In this document: piece after piece, positions 25,411-37,422 of the stretch | Position numbering within the stretch: position 1 is the first letter of the stretch | Layout of the letters: every line of letters begins with the position of its first letter | Assembly (NCBI RefSeq): GCF_009834535.1 | Contig: NC_045696.1 | Span: 88,600,001-88,664,000, forward strand | Direction of reading: 5' to 3' | Length of the DNA stretch: 64,000 bases | DNA from: Camelus ferus | Taxonomy: Eukaryota | The notes under the pieces: generated by a model | What the model was told of the DNA's origin: nothing | Database searches by the model: none | The model's input: only the letters and a program-made list of their open reading frames with translations | Made by a program: the position numbers and the translations under genes

Positions 25411-25610
25411 TTAACAGCAACAACTAATGCTTATTGAAATGTTTCTATAGGCTGAATGCCAGGCTAAATACTCAAATGCACTGTCTTATTTACTCCTTAT
25501 TGTGACCCATTTTAGATCCATTTTTCAGATAAGGCTAAAAACATTACTTAACTTGCTTAGCTTAGTAAATGATAGAGCTGGGATTTCAACTCAAGTCACT
25601 ATTTGATTCT
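25411..25610 (-). mobile_element. MIR remnant
   Basis: 'aactaatgcttattga…ccatttttcagataagg…gatagagctgggatttcaactcaag'. Confidence 0.65.
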
Positions 25611-26015
25611 AGGAGCAAATTATTAAATCCGTAGCTTGAAAAGAATGTTCCTGCAGAGTCCACGATAAAAACAAATCCGTAAGTGTTTTAAACAAAAGAA
25701 TGGACCACAGGGTTTGTGATTTAAAACAACAAGTAGGGCAGCAGAGTGAAGGATGTTGTGATACCTGAAAAGTCCGGCAAGAGGGAAATCTGAGATATAC
25801 TAAGTTCATCATATTAACTCAAATGGAATCAGACAGATTCTTTTCAGTTACCTGCTGGAGCCTTCAACTGACTGTACCATATTGAGATAGAAAGGTTTTT
25901 TTTTTTTTTAAAAAAAAACAATGACCAGGTTGCATAGTTAACTATGCTTTGGGGCCATATAACTAAATACTTCTTAGAGAAATTCCAAGGTACGACGGAG
26001 CGAAGTTTCAGTTGT

Positions 26016-26250
26016 TCTTTTCTCAGCTTTACTGCGGTATAACTGACATACAAACGTGTAAGATACTGAAGTGTACACCACGGTGGTTCGATACACGTTT
26101 ACACTGCGAAAGGATTCCCGAATCTATTAATCAATACATCCAGCACCTCATATTTACTTTCTCCTTCTTTTTTTTTTTTTTTTTTTTTGGAGAGGGGGGA
26201 ACATTTAAGTTCTACTCTCTTAGCAAATTTCAACTACACAATTCAATTGT
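26016..26250 (-). mobile_element. LINE-1 3'UTR end (L1MA-like)
   Basis: 'cagctttactgcggtataactgacatac…acatttaagttctactctcttagcaaatttcaa' is the reverse complement of an L1MA-type 3' terminus. Confidence 0.8.
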
Positions 26251-26719
26251 TCTTTAAGTAGTTAATAATAAGGGAAGGGATGACTTAAAACGACCTACAT
26301 GATAACTTATTTTTCTAATACATTTGGTGGAAGAAGAAAGAAATATGACGTTTTTGTTGAGCAATTTCATGGGCTTGTGAGTCAAATGTCATGGATTAAA
26401 GTTTGAGAATGCATGAAGAAATGGAGTTATTGTTCTCTCTACGACTTTAAAAGAATAGCTGAACCAATTTATGGATGTTACTTTAAAAAACAAATTTCCC
26501 AGCTAATTCCCAGAACTCATTCTAAACAATATGTTGGAGCATTGCCATTGGTCTGTCCTTGTGACCCTGCCCTAATGACAGTTTCTCCCCACTACCCACC
26601 TACTTTCAAAACCTTTGGAAGTGGTAAAGCATGCTTTCCTTGGGCAAGTCATCCTATTCCATGGTAAACTGTGGGACAATAAATTTTCTCTTGTTCTAGC
26701 TTCTTCTGGAAGGAGTCCC

Positions 26720-26900
26720 AAACAGGGCTAGGAATGCGTTCCAGGTCTGCAGTTGGCCGGCTGTGTGGCTGTGTGCTCCTGCACACATTCCCTAACCTCT
26801 CTGGCCTTCCGTCTCCTCGTCTGTAAGACAGAGGGGTGGGCTGAAGGGAAAATCCTGGGCTGGAGGATCTTCAAATTCCTTTCTGTCTTAAATTTTATTC
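26720..26900 (+). mobile_element. MIR remnant
   Basis: 'cctaacctctctggccttccgtctcctcgtctgtaagacagaggggtggg'. Confidence 0.55.
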
Positions 26901-29900
26901 TATTAATTAAAAAAAAAAATATATATATATATATATGATTGTAAGTATTTAATATATCCCTCTATCACACAATCCTATTTTGGAGGTGCTAGTGAGTAAT
27001 ATAAGTCAGGATACAAAAAAAAAAAAAAACTATAATTATAATTCAATAGACTAATCGCAGAGGACAATAATAGTTCACAGGCTCCTAACATCCATTTTGC
27101 AAACTTCCTGTTTTGCAGGTATCATATTAAGTAGTAATCTCTCAAAGTTAAACTGTATAAGCCTCATGAACAGAAGGCGTATTGATTATCCAGACGGTTC
27201 AAAATATGCTCATATTTTCATGCATCATTGGAACAGAAGTTTCTCCAAAACCTCTATGTTAACTTTAGTGACTTAGCAGCCATCAATTGGCAGTGTGAAG
27301 CTATTACTGAATTAATAGAACCAGCTAAGAAATCAGATGGCTTCAAATTCCTGCTGTCACATTAGCAACAATGATTAAATCCATTTATTAAATAATAGCA
27401 ATTCTCTTGCTGAGTCTTAACTAAGGAAGCAAAAACGAGACCTAGTGTGACTGATTTTCAACATTACAAGAGTGTGGTGTTAATAAGCAGCCATGATTTA
27501 AGAATGAAGCAGGAAAAGCACCTGTAAGAATTTAAAAACACAACACTTTAGGACAAGCACTCTTGATGCCAGTCTTAAATATCGTAAGACTTAAACTACA
27601 TGCACAACATACACACTCTTAATTTTATGTAGATCTATACCTGGAAAAAACAGTATTGAATAATAATTTAAATATTGAAATGCACACACTTAGAAGGTAT
27701 ATCCTGAACTTGTGGCATAACAGTTTCTATCATTCAATGACTCTTTATGCTAATTCATTACACTTTGGAACATAAAACCTTTGGGATCTAGATGAATCTA
27801 GAATTTTAAAAATAGTACAAAGCATTGAAGTGCTTTAACCAGACAAGAGGCATTTTATTTCTGTTGTGTCAAAGATTTCCCTTATGTGGTTTTGCATTCT
27901 TTTATCAATAAGTGAAATGGATGATAAATGAGAAAAGTTTAAATTCAGAGATGACGATGAAATGAATTTAATTATTTTACTAGCTCAAGGGAAACACACT
28001 TTATTAAAATTTCTTCAGAGTTTTACTTTTAATTCTGTGGGACTATGTAAATTCTCAGAGATTTAATTATTTTAAAAACATACCTAGCTGCTAGTAGAGG
28101 TAAAAAATAGACTGAAATATTCTGGTGAATAGAATGAAAATGTTCACAAGTGCTAACATTTATTGAGCATTTACTATGGGGCCAGGCACTAGGCTAAGAA
28201 CCATGAATGTATTCCCGCAATGAAAATAAACAAAAATTGGGGAGGAAAAAAATCCACTTGGCTAGCACAAAAATTACACTAGGTTGGTGTTCTCAAATGA
28301 AATTTGCTCTACTTCAGAGTTATTCTATCAAAACATTGCATAACTATTACTCCATATGTGGCTCCACCTATGTGAAATAATAAAAAAATGGATAATTTAA
28401 AAGGTTATGATCTATAAAATAATTATGGTGACCAATAAATTAGACCCTCCTAAATTGGAAATAAAATGACATTAGGCAAGATATATTAAGTTCATTTGGG
28501 AAACATGAATCTCACAACTATTTCTAATGCTTTATATTTTATGTTGTTTTGCATTACAATGTTTCTGCCATTAGCTCTCTGGCAAATGAGCTACAGTTAC
28601 ACAAGTAAAATACCTTGTTCATTGCGGGAACAATTCTGTGAAGCTGTCACCATATTTCAAAACACAAAATAAAACACCATCAGGAATACTTAAACATCAG
28701 AGAAACTCTACTCACTGAGAGCTGTTTAAAGAAGATACTGCATAAATTCTTCATGTGTTTTTAGACTGATACCTAGGGTGAATGAATCTAGAGCCATTAA
28801 ACGACGTCCAAAAATTCAGTGAAAAATTATCCCCCAATTCCTCACACACGACAGTTGTCATAGAGGAAAGAAACAGACAAACACAACACCCACGCCAAGG
28901 ATCTGTCTCAGATCTGACCCAGGTGAGTCAGGTTCGGGCCGAGTCTTAGAATAGGTCTCTTCTACAGGCCCTGCTGGCCGTCAGACAGACACGGGGTGGC
29001 TGAGGACGCAGCAGCTGGCACCGCCAGCTTTACAAGACAGTCCAAATGTTTTTTTCTGATCTTTCTACCGCACAATAAAACACTGAACCATTCAAAGGGA
29101 AAATGCATTCTTTAAGAGCAGATTTAGTGCAAGGGCCTGATGACATTTTCCAGCAGTGGAGCAGCGAGTTATTAAATATCAAGGAGTTAACGACCTGGCT
29201 GACTTCATGAGCTTTGATTTGGTGCAATTAGGACTCCTTTGCTGAGGCTCATTCTCCTCTGGGGTTCCTGAGGTGCACTGGCTCCGGGGCCCAGGACAAG
29301 TAGCTGGGAAAAGCAAACGGGAGGGGCAGCTTCCATGACCGATGCAACGCTCCCACAGCACTGCCTCAGCACACTCTGCTCCATGTTTGCCAGTCTCTCT
29401 GCTGCAGTGCAGCATTTCTGGCCCAGTAAATTGCATCTGATAGATCACTATTCTTCCTGACCACATGAAACCAAACACAAGAAAGGGGCATTTACATACA
29501 CACACAGATGTATATAGCCCGTCACTCATTCCCTTAGCCTCCTCCCCGCCAGAAAGGTCACCCTGGCTGTTGCAAATTACACCATTCTTCAAAGATGGAG
29601 CTGGAGTAGAGATGAGATGAACAGATTAGACTCTAAACTACATCCTGTAGGGGAGAGAATTAAATGATGCTCCATAGAAAGTTCACAGATGTCATTATTT
29701 ACAATTAAAAGGAGTTGAACAGTTCCACAGACTACACATTCTCATGGCTTTAAAGAAAAAAAAACTGTATATACATTATCTTGTTTGCTTTGAGCAATGA
29801 TAGCTGAGAAACCCTCCTCTCCCAAGGCTTTTTTTTCCAGCCACCAAGGAAGCAAAGCACCATGCATGAAAAAGCCGAAGTGGAACACTCCAGACCCTCC

Positions 29901-31909
29901 TCCAAGTCCTACCAGTTCAGTTCCCCGGACGATCCCAGCAGCCCGGCCTTCAGTGACCAACACCCAGGCCCTCACAGGTGCCTGGGTGACAAGGATTGTG
30001 ACTTACCTTCAGGGTTTGGGGCATGAGGTTTCTGTCTTCAAATAAATGTTTTGTCCCTATATAAATGCACTTATACAAGAGAACACCATCCAACCATCAA
30101 AAGTGATAATGTAAAAGAAATTTTAATAATGTGAAGTATTTATAGTATTACAGGAAAAAAAAAGTTTAACCAAACTGTCCCTCTGGTATGAACTCACATA
30201 CACATAAGGATGTACGTCATTACACGGAACTACTATCAACAGTGATCCTCTCTGGGTGGAGGAATGACACATGATTTTTTTTCTTCCTTAAGTTTTGTAT
30301 TTTTCAGGATTTCTATGATGACTACATATTACTCTGTAATAAAATAATCTTGGATGAAAAAGAAGAGATGAAGGTACTGCCTGAATGGGCGGTACCACCT
30401 CTTCCTCCCAGAGAGGAACGAGCATGGGAATACAATGTGCAGTCTCTTAAATTTACCCTCTTCAATGTTAACCCTCCCTCCTGTCCAATCATTTGACTTT
30501 GGTCACAGCAGGAAACCTACCAAAAAAGCATCTGGGGTGGGGAAGAGCAGAGCAGGCACAGATGTAACCCAAAGAAAATCAAAGACTAAAAACAGAAGCA
30601 GCAGCAAGAAGTTATTGTACAACTAATACCGGCACAGAGAGGGGTGCCACGAGGCGTGCATTTTGAACAGAGCTTAATGGTTTCTGTTTTTTAAGAAACT
30701 GATCCTCTAGAGTTCTTGTTTTCCATATCCTCAACTTGCCAACTTACATTTAAAATGAATAATGTGCTGAAGTTGAAAATGTTAGCTCTTTTTACCCTGT
30801 AGCATTAGAAGTTAAAAAAAAAAAAGACAAATTCCCGTAGGAAAAGGATTAATGACATATGGTAATTACACCATTAGGCTGAAAACAACCATCACAGCCT
30901 AAACCTCCACTAAACACATTCCTCAAGAGGTACTCTTACTAAAAAGAAATTCAGCCATTTTCAATTCATAAACAGAAAGCTATGCATCAAAATCCTTTTT
31001 TTCTGTAATCAGACTGTCTGAAGTCATTTGTTCCACCATTCTTGGACCAGAAACATTTCAGATAAAGAAAGAAAGTTAGGTGATAGCCCAGGCAAGACAC
31101 AGCACACTTGCAGGTGCAATAGTGAAAGCTCTCAATTCAGGAAAAATTGTCAAGGCAACGAAAAGAATGTATACTTTCTATTTGTGTGCTGCAAATTCTT
31201 GGTCAGCTGTGGTTCATTTCCCACCAACCTCCCAGGCTCCCATGTCTCCCAGCCCTGCAAATGGTGAGGGGGCTGGGCAGCCAGGGAGGTAGGGACACTC
31301 GAAGAGGGACAAGGAAAACTGATGGTCAAGTGACAAGAAATGCAACAAAGTAGAGCCTTCTCTTCCCTCGGAGGTATTTTGCATCAAGTGTCATCAGGTG
31401 TCTAAAAACACCTATATGTCTTCTTGTTTGTTTTCTAGTAGTGAAAATTAAAATCAATTTTTAAAAAGAATAAATTATTTATTTACCTATCTGCTTTTCT
31501 TATTTCTGTTCCAATTTTATTTTCAATTATTTTGTTTTCTATTGGGCTTAATTTTGTAAACAATTTAAAAACTTTTCTGAAAATAGGTAAGATATAAATC
31601 CCACATAAACAAAAAAATCATTTATGCAAGTTATAACATTTTAAATTTAATAAACTGACAATAAATTGCTTCCTATAATAGTTCTATCCAACAGCTATAC
31701 CAAGTTCATTATCAGTCTACAAAGACTGCAACATTTTAAAACATATTATTCAAAAACAATTATAGATGTGCCTCACTTTCTCAGCTACAGCAAATTTAAA
31801 AAGAAACTGAATTTGTGCTAGTCCTAACCTCTCATGAATGTTTTTATTTTAAAAAATCTATTTTGCAAATACTAGGTTACATACTGTTTTTTTTTTAAGA
31901 GGAAGGACA

Positions 31910-32105
31910 CTAGCTCTTACTAAAAGCCTGTCATAACGGGCAGTGTGTTCAACGCTTTCATCAGTTTTATCACTTACTGTTCAAAGCCACTTCACAGATG
32001 AGGAAACTGAAGCACAGAAAGAGTAAATTCCCCTAAGGTCACTTAGCTGGGAATGTTGGAGCTGATATTCACACTCAGTTCTTTCCTGCTTCAAAGGCAT
32101 ACTTT
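31910..32105 (-). mobile_element. MIR
   Basis: 'cacttcacagatgaggaaactgaagcacagaaagagtaaattcccctaaggtcacttagctgg'. Confidence 0.75.
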
Positions 32106-32271
32106 TCTAATTTACATGACCCTCGGGAAGACTTGCATTAGGAGCAGCCATGTCACAAAATGTTTACCCAATTAGATAGCAGGTGAGATGTCATGAATCT
32201 TGGCCTCAGGATAAATGAACTTGGGGAGAATGGTTTTATAGGCTAAGAACAGTCATAAGTAGAAGCCTCAA

Positions 32272-32318
32272 AAACAGACAAATGGCAATGATAATAAACA
32301 GACAAATGGCAATGATAA
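32272..32318. repeat. 24-bp tandem duplication
   Basis: AAACAGACAAATGGCAATGATAAT followed by AAACAGACAAATGGCAATGATAA. Confidence 0.9.
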
Positions 32319-33369
32319 AAATCTATCATTGGGAAGGATTTTATTATCAAAAAACATCTTTAGGTCGCTGCACTGATCCCTCCAACACTCCTGAGAGGCA
32401 GTGAGGCAGGTATGACCGCTGTCCTCTTCTTGTAGCTCGGGAAACTGAGGTACGGGGCACCAAGTGACCACCCAAAGATGACCATCAGTCAGGGGCCAAA
32501 CAGAAGCCAGAAACCAAGTTTCTTAATGTGCCGTCCAGTGCTACTTCTCCTGTGTCATGCCGCATTCGGGAAATGGGTTTCAGCAAAATAAAACTGACAA
32601 CTGAACAGGTGTCATGCGTTCTCTGTAGTCCACACGTCAAGCAGACACTGTATTGCACTGGAAATACAGGCTTTTTTCTCAAGTCAGCCCATTTCTGTCT
32701 AGCCAAATTGTTCTATTTCACAGTATGCTCTTAACCACATTCACTTTCTTGAAGAAAACCTTGGGTCATTTGTCTTGGAGAAGGCATTAATTTGAGTAAA
32801 CTACTCATAGCCGAAACGGCTTTCCTCCCTCGCCCTTCTGACGCCCTCCATTTCCCTGGGATCCCTGCTTTGAAGTAGAATAAATAAACAGAGGGATTAA
32901 CCACTAAGAAAGAGAAAACAGAAAACAAAAGAATGACTCCTCTGTGAGCACTCTCTAGGTTTCTGATAATAAGAAGCTCCAAGAGGGCAGAACTGACCAC
33001 TTAGAGAAGACACTATACACAAACACTGCCAATCCCCAAAGTAGTCTTTTAAAACAAATTCTAAGCTCTACTTGGGAAGAATCGAGCACCATCTGAAGAA
33101 GAAGACAACATTTTAGAAGAACAGGCTTGAGTCTTACTCTTGGAAAACATTATGTCCTAACCAAACGGAATATTTCACGTAGCATTACTGACTACTGCTA
33201 TTTAATTAGGAATACATCTGAACTGCAAACTTGGACAAATAGTGATACGTGCCCTTCATACTTCCTCTGCCACCCCAAACTCAGGTGGGTGATCCCTGCG
33301 CTCCACTCCCCTACTCCCATCCTATCATTTTTCTTCTTGCCACTTGGCCCAACTTGCAATTGTACACTT

Positions 33370-33500
33370 AAGTGTTTGATGTTTGTTTCTGCCATTAGAC
33401 TGTAAGCTCTGTCTATTTAGCTCACCCCTGTGGACTTAGGGGCTGGAGTAAGTGCCTGAGGGAAAACAGTAGGTATTCAATAAATAATTACTGAATGAAC
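33370..33500 (+). mobile_element. L2 3' terminus
   Basis: 'ccattagactgtaagctc…gtaggtattcaataaataattactgaatgaa'. Confidence 0.7.
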
Positions 33501-34366
33501 TACACAGGTGAAGGAGGACTTGTGAATTCCAAAGGACAGGTGCAGCTCCATCCAGATCTCTACTTTTCTCTGATCCTTGAATGAAGAACGTGCTTCTCTG
33601 AGTGACATACTGACTGGTCAGTCCGTGCACCTTAGCAGAGTACCACAACCATAAGAACCTCCACTGAGCGTGTGGACGTGCGCGTGCTTGTACGGACTGC
33701 AAGCCACCGAAACTAAAACAGAGAGAAATGCTGGCTCCCTGGGTGACTCTCATCTTTCATTTTAAATGTTTGTCCCGACTGTCTTGATTACTGCCATTTA
33801 CACACTTAGTTAGGTGAGCGGCACAAATTGGAAGGAATGTATTATTAACAATTCTACCTTAGCTAAGTAATAAAGCATGTATCAACTAGACACAAAACAG
33901 AGGCACCCAGACTCACCTATATAAATCTGTTGGAAATGTTTGCTTCTTCAGGGACAGCCATCTTGTCCCAGTGCTGGCTCATACAGTCCCTGTACCTCTT
34001 CAGAGCTAGGCTGTGTAGCACTTTATGGTTGACAAAGCACTTGTCTTTTTAAGGTCTGTTAAATTGGAATTCTCAGCTGAGATACCAAGATAGAATGGTC
34101 ATGAAATTCCCACTTGAAGTTCCAGGCACACAGACAAGTTTATAGAAGAAACATTTAACAAACCACTTGTGATTCTAAACAGACCTAACCCATATTCAAA
34201 ATGAAAGGGTCAAGAGAATGACAATTAAAGGTTTCTGAGGAAGATTTCTTGGGAGAGTGCTGTTTTGTGTCCCTTCCTACACACAACACAGAGGGAAGGG
34301 TGAAGGTGGGGGTGCGTTTCCTTTCACTTCATGTCAGGAAAGCAGTGCTTCAAAAGAACCATTCGG

Positions 34367-34804
34367 TTATAATAGCCAAGAAATGGAAGCAACCTAAACG
34401 ACCATCTACAGATGACTGGATAAAGAAGCTGTGGTATATGGATGTAATGGAATACTACTCCGCCATAAAAAAGAATAAAATAATGCCATTTGCAGCAACA
34501 TGGATGGACTTGGAGATCATCATATTAAGTGAAGTAAGCCAGAAAGAAAAAGAAAGATATCATATGATTTCACTAATAACTGGGATCTAAAAGCAAAAAA
34601 AGGCGGGACACACACACACACACACAAATGAACTTAACTTACAAAACAGGGACAGACTCACAGACGTAGAAAACAAACTTATGGTTACCAGGGGGAAGGG
34701 GGATAGAAGGATAAATTGGGAGTTCAGGATTTGCAGATACTAACTACTATATATAAAATACATCTACAACAAGGTCCTACTGTATAGCACAGGTATATTC
34801 AATA
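34367..34804 (+). mobile_element. LINE-1 3' fragment (ORF2 tail and part of 3'UTR), lacking poly(A)
   Basis: Encodes IIAKKWKQPKRPSTDDWIKKLWYMDVMEYYSAIKKNKIMPFAATWMDLEIIILSEVSQKEKERYHMISL. Confidence 0.93.
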
Positions 34805-34954
34805 AGTTCTAATATATTCAATAAATTCTAATTGGATGGTGAGAAACAAAAATAAAGATGCTTTCTGATTAGACCCCATGAATCTTGTTTGTGGTTGCTA
34901 GATTAGCTGAAACTTTTTTAGCAGTAAGTCATACCCAAAACTTAACAAAATATC

Positions 34955-35331
34955 TGTCATGGACTGAGCTAAACCCCCAAAACTCGTATGTTGAAATCCT
35001 AACCCTCAGTAAGTCAGAATGTGACTGTATTCAGAGATAAGACCTTTAAAGAGGCAATGAAGTTAAATTAGGTCATTAAGATGGGCACTAGTCTGATAGG
35101 ACTGGTGTCCTTATAAAAAGAGATTAGGACACAGATCCACATAGACGGAAGACCACGTGAAGACAGAGAAGACAACAATCATCTGTAAGCCGAGGAGAGA
35201 GGCCGCCGAAGAAACCAACCCTGTCAACACCTCGATTCTGACTTTCTAGCCTCTAGAGTTGTGAGAAAATAAATTTCTGATGTTTAAGCCACTCAGTAGG
35301 TGGTACTTTGTCACAGCAGTTGTAAAAATCA
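34955..35331 (+). mobile_element. MaLR solo LTR (MLT1A/B-like)
   Basis: Starts tgtcatggactga, continues 'gttgaaatcctaaccctcagt…gacctttaaagagg…actggtgtccttataaaaagag…tgtgagaaaataaatttctgatgtttaagccactcagt…ggtactttgtcacagcag'. Confidence 0.88.
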
Positions 35332-37386
35332 CAAGTGTAACAGCTTTGCCACCAGCATGTATAAATCCCCAATGTAAAAAGAAAATTCCTCAGCTTCAGA
35401 ATACAGACACAACTACAAAGCAAAGGCAGAAAACAAAATTTCATGTAGGTTATTTTTTAAGCCTTAACTGTAGTTATTCAAACAGCTCCTCTATTTATCA
35501 CTTTATAATTCTCCTTATTTTAAAAATATCCACAGTGTATGTTAAATACCTATGATATCACACCAGACAACTTCAAAGACACAACTGGAAATTGTTCTGC
35601 CTTTCCAACTACGCTGGCTGGAGAGCTTCTGGTTAGAAGAGATAACGCAGCCCGGCTTTGATTCTGGGCCTTCGCTGATGTTGATATATTAAGGTGACAC
35701 GGGTGAGGGTTTTCTAGCTTTACTCTCAGGCATGGGACGTTGCTTGTACACACACCTGGCAAAGGCAAAGATGCAGAAAAAGGCCCCCTGCCCCACACGG
35801 CATCAACCCGTTTGCCTCAGGTAGAAAACCTAACAACTCCGGCTTTCCTGATTCATCTGCAAAACAGAAATACTTGCTGTGAGGCACCCTGGGAGGATCA
35901 ATGACTATTTATAGGGCTATAACAAGCTTCCTTGAAATAGACTTGGAATAAAATAAGCAGAAGTGACTTGCCTCTTAAAGAAGTCCCTGTATTAATTCCT
36001 GCTGTACCCATCCAAGGTTCAACACAGGTCAGGAGGGCTCAGGAGAATGTTGTCCATCTATCTGATGGCCAGGGTACAGGCCTGTGACATCAGTATTTGA
36101 TTTTTTAACCCATCACCCACAGCCACCACTGCCATAGCACATTCAGAGCAGAGCCAGGAAAGAGATTTCTCAAAGGGAAATAAATAACCGCACACTTGGA
36201 TGAAGGGGGCCACAGCCAGCAGAGGTAGCAAATTCTTTTGCTCCAAAGTCAATTCCGTATGCACTTCCATGACCGTGGAATTTTTCAGCACTATGTAGCT
36301 ATCATGGGGAGATCTAAGAAATCCTTGCCCGCAAAGCGCTTAAATTCTGGGTGTGGCGTCTCGCTTATTGAAAAGAGCTACAGAGAGCAGTCATGTGGTG
36401 AAAAGAGATCTAAAGCAGTTCTGGCTCCAGGCCTATTTATTAGCTGTTTCCTCTCCAGCATGTCAGTTTGCTCATTCCTTGCACCTCTGAACAAAGGGCC
36501 TGGCTAGATGGTCTGTAAACTTCAGTTTCCAAATCCCAGAATTCTAAACAAGCATTCAAAATGCATGGTACACCCTATCACGGTTCAGAAGTCAAAAAGG
36601 GAGGTGCCGCTGGGCTGGAGTCCTCTAGAAAGAGAGGGAGTCATCTGAGTTGTGATATGAATTAGCAGAGAACGGAAGCCAGAGGGATGGGGCAAAGGGG
36701 CACGAATCACAGAGCCAGCCTTTCTGGCCACATTGACGCCAGGTCCCTGAAGAAGACTCTCAATTAGGACCCTTGGTTCCAAGTTCCTGGTTACAGGCTG
36801 TATCTCCCTCCCCCTGCTTCCCTCACCTCTGCCTCCACTTGTGCTGTCAGCGGTATTCCCTGCTGCTGGATTTCTGAATCCAGACGACTGTGGCTGTGAG
36901 ATGAGCCAGCCTTGCAGCTAGAGTAGGCTTCATTTTCGACCACCATCGACCCTGGCAAGACTGTCCTGTAAAGAATGCTAGCTCCCCGCTCTCTTTCCCA
37001 AGAGCAGAATGAGCAGAACTAGAAGGCGGGTTTCTGCCGTCTCTGGCCCTGCCCTTAACTAACTCTTCAGGTTTGGACCAGTCACCTCTCTAGACTTCAA
37101 TCTCCTCCTTCAAAAGATCTGCTTCGGTTATATCACCACTTTCATTTGAGGAAACTGCATGAGCTAACAGGTATGACTCAACCTTAAGGTTCTCTAGAAA
37201 CATAAGGCAGTTATTTTTTATTCTTATTATTAATGGTACAGATGTGAGGACTTATTGAGACAATGAATTAAAAGAGTTTGGCATTCTACTTTCAGTAATA
37301 GTGAACTAGTTTACGCAAAACAGCCTCCTGAGAACACGAGGACTCCCTTCTTAAAACACTTTTCAACTGCTGTAAAAATTGAAGAC

Positions 37387-37422
37387 TGCAAATTTTGTTA
37401 ATAATGCAAATTTTGTTAATAA
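37387..37422. repeat. Perfect 18-bp tandem duplication
   Basis: TGCAAATTTTGTTAATAA twice. Confidence 0.9.

Noticed and set aside
33905..33925. Strong minus-strand donor TAG|GTGAGT
   Set aside because: No convincing partner acceptor nearby, and several such hexamers occur by chance in the window.
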